Below, piece after piece: positions 13,874-27,000 of a stretch of 64,000 nt of DNA. The notes below the pieces were generated by a model that was not told the origin of the DNA, did not search any database, and saw only the letters and a list, made by a program, of their open reading frames with translations. How positions within the stretch are numbered: the first letter of the stretch is position 1; each line of letters starts with the position of its first letter. This stretch comes from Tubulanus polymorphus (lineage: Eukaryota > Animalia > Nemertea). The DNA lies in contig NC_134026.1 in NCBI RefSeq assembly GCF_964204645.1, positions 8,331,950 through 8,395,949 of the forward strand, written 5' to 3'. The translations under genes and the position numbers were made by a program.

Positions 13874-14142
13874 TGAGTCGGATGTACCGACAGCAATAAT
13901 TGTTTCATGGTGAAAATGGGCGAAAAATGGGCAAATTCAACCAATTAATGACAATATACGTCTAACTACGCGCTTATTAGACTTTAAGTCTTTTCGTAGA
14001 TATATAACAACACGCGCTGCAGACCTAGTGTGTGATATCAATTAGGCTATAAATACAAATACTAAAGTCACCTTATCTAGAATCATAATTATGTTGACAA
14101 CTCATCCAAGTGCCAATTTACACTTTTACATGAACTGAAGTA

Positions 14143-14318
14143 CAGTGGAACCTCGTTACAACGAACTCGGATACAACGGATATATCGGATATTACAAATA
14201 TAGAATTCCGTCCCAAGTAAGAAAACTTAATTATTTTCATACTGGTTATAACGAACTATTGGTATATAATGAACAGATTTCCAGGTCGCCAGAAGTTTGT
14301 TGTAAGGAGGTTCCACTG
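14143..14318. mobile_element. Tc1/mariner-type MITE (TA TSD)
   Basis: ta|CAGTGGAACCTC ... GAGGTTCCACTG|ta; relatives at ~46016-46176 and 51029-51194. Confidence 0.8.
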
Positions 14319-14827
14319 TATAAATTGAGGCTATGAATAGCGATGCAACAACTTTCACACACATGAGTTCGACGGTACTCATTAGCGTACGAGCCCGGAC
14401 TCGCCCTCTGGATGCACCTTTAATGTAAGGAACATTTTCAAACCCGCTCCATACATGGGCGTAAATTATCAATGGCCACTGATAAGAAGGTACACTGATA
14501 AGAAGTACATTTAGACATAAATTTTGGCCCATCTGCAATGCAGTCACTATAAAGCATTTTAAAACATGCAATTATTAATCAGTCTGCTTCAAAATCTATG
14601 AATGGCCACTAATTTTGTCAACAAAGTGCCTACACACTTTATTAAAGGAGGTTTCATCTAATGAGGATAAGAATTGACGAATTCCAATCATTTCCCACCC
14701 GCACTTTCATAAATTCCTAGTGCAAGGCCGTCCGTTGCACGAGCAAAATATTCGAGCATTATGCTCCTAGGGAAAATGAAAAATCTTAACCTCTCAAACA
14801 TGGTTCAAAAAGCAAGCTTAATATATA

Positions 14828-14961
14828 CTCCCCGGAAAAAGAAACGCAACACTTGAATTTTTCCTTCAATCTTTTTGGTAGCCAGTTCACAATATTCCAG
14901 TATCGATAGTTTCGAAAAACAAGGAAAAATTCAAGTGTCGCGTTTCTTTTTTTTTTAGGAG
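14828..14961. mobile_element. Tc1/mariner-type MITE
   Basis: TA-flanked long TIRs ctccc..aaaaagaaacgcaacacttgaattt / aaattcaagtgtcgcgtttcttt..ggag. Confidence 0.75.
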
Positions 14962-15050
14962 TATATATTCGTCGATACATTCCGAGGTACAAACTTTCGT
15001 TACATTCTCTCTCTAAACTAATCTAAATTTCTGTTAAAATCTGCTAACAT

Positions 15051-18000
15051 CTATCGTTTTCTAATGAGGGAAGCGATGTAGACCCAGACGGACATGACGG
15101 AATTAGGATAGGGAATGATGTGAACGGCGACGGCGAACTCGACATCTTTCGCTTGGTTTTCGTGCACACCGGTCGAGTAAACGGAATCGATTATCGGCTC
15201 TACATCGGTGAACGGTAGATTGATCGGGAATCCGGACATCTGAAATTTACGAAAAAAATCTTCTTACGATCGTAAGAGCATTTCAAGGCTACAATAAAAT
15301 GATACCTCGTTTCTCCTAATCGGCCGGGTCAGTTTTGTTAACTGCGATAAATTTTTTAATCAGTTCATTTCTACTGGACAGGGTCAACTCTTAAGATCAG
15401 CAGAAATGAGAAGAAACAAGGTATGATTTTTTTAGCCCAAGGGTTTCTACAAAAGGTACAAAATAAAACAATAGGTACATGTACATCTCATCTTGAAAAA
15501 AATCTATTAAGAATCTAAGCCACGATCACACAAGCGTTTTTGACCCATGCCAGATAAGGCCTGCGCTAACTGTTCACAATGGTACCAAATGTGTAACTGC
15601 CTGTTTGACACCGGGCCAAATTTGGCTGATTGGTTCCTCACTTGTTGCTGCATCATTTTGATAGCATCGGTAGTCTGACCAGGAGCTAACTGTCTCAGAG
15701 TGATCGTGGCTCATTAAAGGGGTTTTCTGAACCGTCTCACAGAAAATAATTTTTCTACAACATATCGTACCTTGTAAGAGCCTAGAATTTGGTCTAGCTC
15801 ACTCATATTTTGGTCTTTCAACGCTTTTCCACGATTTTCTTCAAGCCTGGAATGCACGAACGAATTATTCATGGCGAGATCGACATATTTCATGAATCAT
15901 GTGGACTCATTGATTAACGATTCAAATCAATCGTTGCAATAACGATGTTAGCAATGATTCAATAATTAATTCAATAATGATCTTTACATTAATCATTTTG
16001 ATTATTTTGGTTTTGAAATCCAGATTAAAAGCACACATTTATGAACAATTGACCTGTACAGATTAGATTAAATAAAATCAAGCGATATAACTGATTCGGA
16101 TAAGCAGATTACCCGGATTTATTTAATATAATTTCACTATGCATTTGCTGTGATAGTGCTAACAAAGGGATGGCAGATGCTGACTAAGATAACGTGTTTA
16201 ATACAGATTTCCTGCAAACAATCCGAATTAAGCCAGTTCTATTGCATGTGCATTTCTACATCGAAATGATAATAAATACCAGTACATATACAAAATCAAT
16301 AGCACCCAACACCCAGATCCACAGTTGTCAGTCTATAGTAACTAGGGGTCCGGGGTCACCATGCCCATTTTGGAAGTGGTCTGAAATGCTCGACTAAGCG
16401 AAGATTTCAATATTCAACCGTCCCCTTTGCCCCAAAGTTGCTCATAACCCACCCATTTGTGGCGACGGGTCCAATTTTCAACCCGCACTTTCCGATGATA
16501 CGTACTGAGACAATATTTGTCGGAATGCCAGCATACAATGTCTGTTCCATCGAGTGACACTTCGCGGGCGCCACTCCATTATCTTCTCTTTCAGTTTCTT
16601 TTCGAGTTTATCTTGCAGGTCCAGAACGTATTTCTGTTCGGTCGGGTAGTAATCCAACGTATCTGGCTGAAATCAAAAAAATTTTTAACCGTATCATACG
16701 TACGGTCCATACAGATCAGTCATTCCTGAATATAAGGGGTTTTTTAAAGGAGAAAATTTCAAATTTCGAGGAAGCATCTGCATCACTTTCACATCCCAAC
16801 TACAGTAGACTCCTCTTAAATGGGTACTGTTTATCTCAGTACAACCATTAATTAGGTAGTTTTGTAAGCAAATTTTCATCCTTTAAAGACTACTTTAACT
16901 CTATTTCTAATTCGGCAACAGCCAAATAGGGTAAAAGCAAATCCCAACTGTTACAATTTAGGCATAGTTTACTGTACAACTACAAACTAGACAATCATTT
17001 CTAATTGCCTATTTCTCAACATTGAAGTTTCAGGCAATTGGCTCGAATCAACAGTTAATTTCAGTTTCTTTCAGTTTCAACAGTTAACTTCAGTTCAGTT
17101 TAACTTCTCTTTGGCTCGAATCAACAGTTAACTAAGTGGCTCCTCACAATTCAAAGCTGTGAGGAGCCACTATGTTTGATGATTCATTTATTTACAACTC
17201 TTAACCCATTTTTAAAGCGATTGTTTTCTACACAGAGTTTATGTACTCACTTGAACGCTACTGAGGCCGGGATTGCGGAACGTTTTCGTGAAAAATGTCT
17301 TCCACTCTTTTCCGTTCGTAAGGTTGAAACTAATACGCGCGGGTTGATCGTTTTCTTGAATGTTCGCCCATATCTGATATAATTGAAAATTACAGCAATG
17401 CAAATTTAAGTTAACTAATATTTAAGCAAAAGACATGTGAGTCCGTTTTTTTCTGCCGGTATGATACTTTTTTCAAAGTCTGCAAGACCTTAGATCATTG
17501 ATTTAGTCTCACAGGGCCAAGCAGTGGGATGAATTCAAGCGAGTTTGAACCCGTTTTTTATAAGTGAACATACATTTTCATGATTGATAAGACATCCAAC
17601 TGAATGTAGTGGGCAGTAGTTATCCCGGTAACTGAAATGCTCTCCGGAACTTGCATTCCAAATGAAAAAATCATCCTCCTCTTCGGTAAGCACGTACGCT
17701 GTATTTCCCTCCGGTATACCACTCCCTTAAAATAAAATGTTCATTATTCTAAACTTTTCGACTTACGCCCCTGTGTTCTAAGATTGAAGATATCAAAAAA
17801 ACAAGGGGTCCAGGGACACCATGCCCACTTGGAAAGTGGTTTCAAATGCTCAACAATCTAACAATTTCAATATTCAACGCCCTCTGGTGACCATATACAA
17901 AAACCAATGACCTTGAAACTCGATACAATCATAAAACATGTCAGCAGCTACGATTTTGTAATTGATTGTGCTTACAAAAAATGCCTCGTTACCAATGGAA

Positions 18001-21000
18001 ATACTAAGTTATTCTACTATTCAACGCCCCCTGGTGACCATATTCAAAACCCAATAACCTTGTAACTCACCATATTCATAGAACATGTCATGAACTACAA
18101 CTGTGCAATTGATCATGGTAACAAAATATGCCTACGTACCAATATCATAAGGAAATACCAGGTTATTCTACTATTCAACGCCCCCTGGTGACCATATAGA
18201 ATAACTAATTTCCTAAAAACTCACCACAATCATAGATGATGTCATGAGCTACAACTTTGCAATTGATTGCGGTAACAAAATATGTATTGGTACAAATATA
18301 ATATAGAAATACTAAGATATTGTATTATTCAACGCACCCTGGTGGCCATATACAAAAAACAATGAACTTGAAACTCACCCCAATCATAGAACATGTTATA
18401 CGCTACAACTTTCTCATTCATTGTTGTAACAAAATATGCTTAGGTAACAATATAATGTCGAAAAACTTTTTCCCTCCTACGAATGAGTACTAATGACACC
18501 AAGATGGGTGTCATTAGTTGCGTCAATAATTGCGTCATAATTGGCGGATCAAAAATACCTGTCTCAGGTATAAAACATCCCTTTACAAAGAATACCCACA
18601 CAAATTGCAATGAGAAATGGCAAACCAGTAGGAAGCTACAGGACCTAGAATTCTGGCCAAAATTGACATTTTTGGGCACTAAAAAGGTCATAGGACGGCC
18701 ATCTTGAGTCAGATGGACCCAATTTTTCTTATGCTGATGGGCCCTTGGTAGATTCAAATATAATCGAAAGATCAAGGTAATTGATCAAATCGTCTTCGAA
18801 ATTTCCCTCGTAGACTTCGAAAATGTGTAAAAAGTGCTGATTTTGGCGAACAACAATGGCTGCCAGTCGGCCATCTTGATTCTGATAGGGCCAGTTTTTG
18901 GGCTGAAGATGTGTCTAGGGTAGATACATGTATAAACCAAATATCAAGACATTACCTTGAAGCGTCTTCAAAACTTCCCAAAATAACTGGATTCCGTCTA
19001 CGGACGGACGGACGGACGGACGGACGGACGGACGAAAAGTGAACGCAATAGCCCGCTTGGACTAAAGTCCCAAGTGGGCTAAAAAGCAATAACTTCTCTT
19101 TTTAGAATATGCTGCTAATTTTTTCAACAAAATCTGAAATTTCAATAAAACTTTTTCAATAAAAATTTCTTTACCTATGAGCAGGTAAGCTTTCTTTCCC
19201 AAGAAAAGAAAATAGTTCGTCAGTAGGACGGCATGCTCTTCTTCGTCGCCGGCAAGCATTTTCATGAATTGCTGAAATAAAGACGTGTAATAGGCCAATA
19301 GATCAAATGAAGGATATTGTTTGGGGATGGTTGGTTTTGTGACTGGGGGTGTTGCTATAAAATATCAAAAACACTGGTTTCGGTTAACTGTGTTTCAGGG
19401 CAATGTACACAGTCACAAAATCATTCAGAAAAGCATTTCTGTTTTGTGTTTCAGGTTTAGGTTTTGCTGGAGGCGTTTGGCTTTAGTTGATACGGCTACC
19501 AAAAGTGTTCATGACCGATGGAAGGAAAATGTGTCAAAAATTGACCGCAAGGGGATGCGTTCATCTTAATGTCCGCTCGATTATTATACGACTGCCAATC
19601 TCGACATACCCAAAGACCCCAATACACTCTTATCTCAGTACTTACGTCACAAGTGCTCCAAATGTCAACTATGCCGGCGAAAGCGACGCTGTCCGAGACA
19701 AATGGGATCAACGAAACATATCTAGCAACCAACTCCTGTAATAAGGAACACAATTCGTAATTTTACAATACTTCCGCTAAAAATCAATACTAGCTCCGCA
19801 CTCTCTCTGCCAGCTAACAGTGACAGCCATGAGTTTTGGGAGCTACACGCCATATATAAGTAGAGCTTGGCTGAACTTTTCGAAAGCCAGCTCAATATAA
19901 CAAATAATTGGTTCGACGGTGCTTGTTACAGTAGAATATGCTAAAGTCAGGTCCAACCAACTTTAATAATGCCTGAAGAACAGTCAAACTTGCTTAAGGT
20001 TCGTAGAGGAGCCGTGTTAACCGGTGTGGAATAAATACGAGACAGATAGTACTTTTTAGGTGCGAAATGTTTATTTGACGTACCAGCTTTCGCTACTAAT
20101 GTATCGTAGCTTCTTCAGGTGAATGAGGGATGAAGCTGCTATACATCAGTAGCGAAAGCTGGTACTGCAAACAAACAAGCTAACCTAAATAGTACTGTTC
20201 GTCTCGTTTTACTCAAACTTACTTAACCCTTTCAGTGCTGACTGATTAATACCCTATAGTGCTGGAGATTATTTGAACATTTTTAAAAATTCCACCCTAG
20301 TGTGTTGAATAACGGGAATACCACTATAGTGCGTCTACATCCCGATGCGGAGTATCGTTAGTTACCAGTATTTCACTATGTTTGACAGGTGCTGCCATTT
20401 TTCAAGAGATAATCACTAGTTACAAATTACATCAGTACTCCGCAGTTCGGTGTACAAGCAAAATCTATCACTGATTTATACACTGCACTGCGGTGTAGAC
20501 GCACTGAAAGGGTTAAGTCATCGACCATTGGGACCTTCATCGCTTTGGATCCAGTTCCACCGTTCTGAGTTAAATTCGACTCTTAGAGTTAAAACATCGA
20601 AAATATGAACCGATTTTAACTCAAGAGTTAACTCTAACTCACAACCGTGGAACCGGGCCTTGATGACTAGAAGAAGGTTATTTGTGACTGTCTCACTGAC
20701 TCATAAATACACATGTACCACCCAACACAGATTTCGCTCTCGAGTTGGAAACATTTTTCCCATGCGGTCCAAACAGATCCGACTTCAGCGAAGTCTACTC
20801 TACACATCTTCCTTACAGCTGTAGCTTGAGGCGACGTATGCTTGCTCAACAGCTCCTCCGGCGGCTTGATCGATCGGAAGTATCGCGAAATGAAAACCGC
20901 GCGGCCGTTCATATCGATGACCATCGTTTTGAATTGTCGTTTCACGAATTTCTTCTCCAGTTCCGACTGCCAGTGTTCGGCCGCGTCCAACAACTTCTCG

Positions 21001-24000
21001 TCTTCATTCGTGTCGAACTGGAATATTCAACGTTGTATTCATTATTCCGGCGGCGGATGTACGGTCTGATTCAGGGGAGGGGTGCACCCCCAAAATAGGG
21101 ATTATCTAAAGGGCACCTTGATGGAAAGCTATGATCAGAAAAATAAATTTTTGGAAATACAGAGAAAAGCTTATGAATTTAAACACTTTTACGTATCAGT
21201 TTTATATATTTTATATCAGTTTTATATACAATTTGCCGTAAAATTTCTGGCCAACTTAACACTTTTAGGGGGGGGGGGGGGTGGTATACACCCCTGATCC
21301 CTCCCCTCGGATCTGCCCATGATTTTCATTTACATTTGGGCCTTTTCGATATACAGTCCACCTCCGACACCTCCCACATCATCAGACTGACTACTCCAGT
21401 AGTAGCTCAAAGACAAAATACAGATATTCTGTTCTCAGAAAAACCTTGCGTTAGGTGGGGGTGGCAGTTTACCTGGAAGCGGTATCTATCAGAGGTTGAG
21501 TGTCTATGAATAGACAACTAAAAAGTCCTCATTGAAACTTTTTGATAGAAATTTAGGTTTTGTACGCAAATTGAAATCCGGGGTGGATCAAGTGATGTGG
21601 AAATAAATGAGACAGCACTTGCCACATGAAAGGGTCTCTGGGTTAGATCAATGACTTGATTTTTACATCAATATCGTAAAAGAACGAGAAATTGCCAATT
21701 TTCTGGGATATGAATAGCGAAAAATGCAACAAAATATAACATCGAACATACGATTAATAACATAAATCAACAACTGGCTAGAAATGCGCAAACACTTACT
21801 TGAAATAGCGTTACCATTTTTCTCTGCGGATATTATATATATCAACATTTTTTTAAATCGATAGAAACAATTTTAAAACGAACATTCAAAAAGTCGAGAA
21901 GATAGAACAATATCCATGTAAGACGAATAAACAAGAGAAATCCCACTGAACAGTTAACGCCTGATGATGGCTAATAGTATTTAGCCAAAACTTTGCTCAA
22001 AATATACAGTCAACCCCTGATATACCACCTACATTGGTGCAGAACAATTTTGGTGGTATAGAGAGTATGGAGGTATATCAGGGGTGTTTTACTATGTATT
22101 TGTATAGAGATGTCCATTGAGAAAACCTGGCGGTAGGCGGGGGTGGCGGTATGCGGGAGGGCCGTATATCGGGGGTTGACTGTATATCATTTTACCATAG
22201 AACATTTTTTTGGCTGAATTTATATCGGGATTTCCCTCGTTGAACATTCAAAAAGTATCAAAATCGTGGCGGAATTCTCGATAGGCCAATGCAACCGTGC
22301 GCTGTTATCCTGGTGATGATTCCTAGCGAAGATTCGAAAATACACATTGTCAACAACGTTTTAGAAAATAAACTAGGTACGTGTTTATCGAGTCGTTCTA
22401 ACACCTTGTTGAAAATTGCGGCTTATCTGTTGGAATAATGCGAAAACCAATATCCTCAATGCTAAGTGTGAATGTGTTACTTTGGCTCAGTTGAAGAAAA
22501 CTAAAACGGGCCAAAATTACCAACTCAAAAGGTATTCCGCGCAAGCCAGAGAATCTACGGCCAGTTCATGCGATCAATGGTCAGATGAAGCGATTGAAAG
22601 ATTCATCAAATTTACTGTGTGTGGGAAATAATCTCAAAATGTGCCGGGTTTTCTAATAATACGTTATAACATCTTACTATTTTTTCTCTGGCTATCAAGT
22701 CAACAGAATTTTCATAATATGCAAGGTCACATCGGTAACAGATTAGCAACATCGAAATTGGCCGCGAAGATAATACAAACATTATTATGTTCAATCGAAC
22801 ATGCAATAACAAGTCATCAAACACCAGATTTCGATTGTAGTCATTAGTCGTAAGGCTATCATTACGCAAATGTGAAAGTTCACATGTCAATTGAACGCTG
22901 TGATTTGGTGTTGGAATTTTGGCTGAAGCAATCCAGGCACTTTCATTCCCCTCTAAACTGGTTTGTTATTCATTTGCCGCAATCACATGGAGATGATTTG
23001 GCCCCCCCCCCGTTCAGGTCAATGCATAAGCGAGGGATCTTCATTCGGAAAGATCTGAAAATATGTTTACTAACACCTTTTCAAATATAAACTGCCCTCG
23101 AAATTTATCCACATGCATTCAAAGAATATCCACACTACGCTATTTTGTGAATGCAATTATTTATGTCATTTTTACAAGAGTGCAATATCCACAGACTCCT
23201 ACGCCCGTGTGGTCATTAACATTTTATATTACAAGAAATTACAAGAAAATATTACAAGAAAAAAATGACAAACTTAAAATATCACGTGAAAGACCGCTGC
23301 GCCTGACTTTTTTCTCAAATCAACACATTTTCTATTGTCGGGGATGAGAAGTTATTAAGTTATTGATATTTATAACCACCACATGCCTGCTATGCCAGGA
23401 AAGAGCAGTTTACTCGGTGTTCAATCACAACTTGCTACTCAATTCTAAATTCATGCATGATTAAATTTTTGAAAATCTTTGAAATTGCGCATTGTAACAT
23501 TGTAATTTGTTAACCCCAAGACAAACTGAGCGATACGTGTCTCATCGCTAAACAGCGCATCATTTTTGTATTCTATCTAATCGCACTGACATATTCAGTT
23601 TTATCGTCAAAACGATATGATGAACAAATGCAAAACGTCCTGAGGTCAGTGTAAATAGTTTATTTGTCGAAAATCGGTTGCTCACAAGCCGAGATATGGC
23701 AGTTTAAACATGGACAAAAAAGCCGGCAACTGTACAGCGAATTTAAATACACACATCTGGGTGGGTGGTTGGTTTAGGCTTAAGGCACAAATGACCTGAG
23801 TGAAAGCATGATGCAGCGTCAAACCTAGTTTTGGATTTATGAATAACTGCTTCACATGGAAATAATAATAATATTGTGCGAGATATTTTGCTGCAAGCTT
23901 TCATTCCTCATCAACTGCACAAGGAACGTGTTCGAAAAGTCCAGTTGCTATAGGCTAACTTAAATAACGTTGTCGGATTTAAAACCGAACTGCTCTGGCC

Positions 24001-27000
24001 GGTTAGCATAGCGGCATAAAAAGGAATTGTGATTTTTGAAAGTTGCCAGGCGCAGCGGGCATTCGTAACGAAGTTATATCTGCCCCCGACATGCTATTTA
24101 AAAAGAAAAACACGGTGCAACATGCTTTGTCAAAAAACAATTATGAATTATGTGCGCAATGGATACTTGAAAAAGAAAATCCTTACCGCATGCTGCAACA
24201 GAAAACGTACCGATAATGAGATGATGATAATAAACAAGCAAAAAATAATGAATCTCTTTTCTCGATATTGAAACATTTTCAGTCGAGGAATTAACAAAGC
24301 GAGTTAGATCTTTCCATAAAAAACAACAACAAAAAAACGACAAAGGGAGAGTCCGCGAATAAAGAAAATCCAAATAAGTGAATGCAACTTGGTGATTGCG
24401 GTGATAGCTTGTTTCGTGTATGAAGCAAGTACAGATCTTGCAAGCGCGATCTCCGATCATGTTACGGGAGACCTAAACAAGGATGTGCGAATGCAAAGTT
24501 GCCGATCGACAGAAATGAAAGGCCATTCCCGGTTGTCCAGCTGGTGGCGCCGCCCTTGAGCTCATAGGCAGCCGGCCAATCAGAACCACGGAGACACGTT
24601 CTTTCAGTTCCGGAGCTCAGGCGTAAAATTAACATTTTACCGCCCACCATCTCCTACCAGCACCTAGAGCTCGGCATAAGGGCAGGGCATATCGCGTATC
24701 TTCGGTACTCGGTATGGGTGTTGGTATTCTTAGCCCACTTACTGGCAGTAAATAGCATATCCTCTGAACTAGGTCAAACAGCTGGGGTGTTTGACCGTGT
24801 AGTAATTGTCATAACTAGGTCAAAACAGCTGGGGCGTTCTGACCTGGTTTATCTAGTTTGAATGCATCTATATGATAAGTGATAATGATTCGCGCTAACG
24901 ATTTAAATTTTTGCTGTATTACTGACATTATCAAGGGTCGATCCAGGGTGTTATTAGACGTTCTCCCAATAATTGGGGCAATAGACCATGAAGAGGGCAC
25001 ACTCGTATCTACAACAAGGTGAATATCAAAGAAATCAATCAGGGTGGCCACTTAAATTTGACTTACTTTCCCCCCGGCTATTCCCCGAAATGCACGTTGT
25101 TCCTGAGCTCCTGCTATGGTCTTAATAAATAAATAGGGTCGGGCGGCTCTTCAACTCAATGATCTGCTTAAGAATCCAATCAATTAACACAGTCAAATAC
25201 ATAAGACATAGGTGAAAACTGTTTATACATGTGATATAGCAATCTCAAGATATTTTCCTGGCTTAAGCCTGATTTTTAGTCTTTTTTTTAAACCAAATTC
25301 CCTGACATTTTTAAAGAAAAGCAAATTATCTGAATATTCCCTGATTTCCAGGTAAGTGGCCAAGGTGGTACGAGGGTATGGGGATATTCTACCTGGTGAG
25401 TCATATCAAACGATGCATTAAGAAGGGTATATCGGTTTTTTTTTTCTGATTTATGGATCGAGTTGATAATCTATCTCGCGGAATCTATTGGTCAGTATTT
25501 TTTGAAGGGCCCAAGAAGATCGAGACTATATTGTTCGATAGGGCAAATAGATCAACTACTTTCTTTTGACCTTGCAGGGACATCACGAGCTCCGGCTGCA
25601 GAAGACTGGGTGCGCACAGTTAACATAACCACTCAGCATCTACGGGCTTGACGCCAAAATTGACAATAATTAGGCATTTAAAGTATATTCGTAGAGAGCC
25701 GTGTTTACCAGGTTTAAAATAAGTAACGAGACGAGTAGTACTGTATAGGTTAACTACTTATTTGACGCATGAGCTTTCGCTTCTAATGAATAGAAGCTTC
25801 ATCAGGTGATGCATCAGGCATTTAATAGTAGTACACGTACTGGTGTGGTTCAATTGGAAATGAACTAGAAATAAGTCAGCGGTGGAATCATTGAGAATTA
25901 CTATTATTTGTTTGCAGACATCATGGACTAGTGTCATTTTAACATACCGGGTAATTTTTCCAAATATTTTTTTTAGATAAAGCTTTTTAAAGAGTAGAAA
26001 CTACTAAGAAATCTAATTATCAATCAGGTTCGGTGGCCCAATCAGAATTATCAACATATGTTTGTAGACAGCATGGACTAAATGAGAGAAAATCTTTGAT
26101 TGACTTTTGAGGAGTGAGTACCTCATTCTTGTGCACAAATAATAGTTGCACTCGCTACTTTGAATGAGCTACAAAAACTAAATGAAAGTTCAGAAGAGAA
26201 ACTAAGCCTCTTTAGCAAGTTATTTCATACGAAAGGAAGCAAGCGTCATATACGCGTTCGCCAAAATGGACTTCGCGTGATCGTGGAAAAACATCGTACC
26301 TTCTCTTTGATCGGTTCCGGCGGCGACAATTGCGGTTCGATCGTGATGAATAACGTAATATAGGTGGCGTTCTGTTCGGTTTTGCTCATGTTCACTTCGA
26401 ACCCGGCACCCATACCCGTGTCGACGCGAGTATTCTTCGTGTCGTGCGAATAGCCGAGCAGAACGGGAGGCATATCCACTTTGAACGTACCCTCGATCTG
26501 AAAATTCATTAAGTCGATTACGCATCAGTCATACACCGGTAGTTCTGTCTGTATCTGTATATGTCCGATACATCGCTACATCCAGATTCGGCATATACGC
26601 GATGGGAGAGAGAGTGATAAATAAATGTTAGACATTGGTCTGTGTAGCGCAAAGTTTAATGCTATAAAATACTGTTCTAAGGCACTTACATAAAACATTC
26701 ATACATAATAATCTTAACATAAGCTTGAACAAAAAGATAGCTCATCTAAAATGGTTAAAATTTTCACAATATGGTTCCAAACATAACTGGTACAGAAATC
26801 TTTAAAAGATCTGACACCCGATTCTACCAGATTTTGTAAAAGATTTTGACTAGATGAACAAAGAGAATAATGTATGAAATCGAAAAAATTATTATCAACA
26901 AACGCGAAGCAAAGATTTTCTCACCGTAGAATTGAGATACAGCGTTGAAAACGGTACTTTCAAACTGCCGAGCCATTTCTTTTCGATTCGCCGATGAACG

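Noticed and set aside
13648-13944. YIYIYI ORFs (also 55717, 55776, 56942, 57014, 60010, 60055) and poly-L/poly-Y ORFs at 62183-62446
   Set aside because: Translations of microsatellites.
17870-18440. Regularly spaced repeats as a CRISPR-like array
   Set aside because: The 'spacers' are homologous to each other (tandem ~150-bp units), the context is eukaryotic, and no cas genes are present.
24481-24800. 7SK snRNA candidate (starts GGATGTG, has a GATC, a terminal stem and a 3' hairpin)
   Set aside because: Lacks the second GAUC of the 5' hairpin and a Pol III T-run terminator; RNase P/MRP consensus boxes are also absent.
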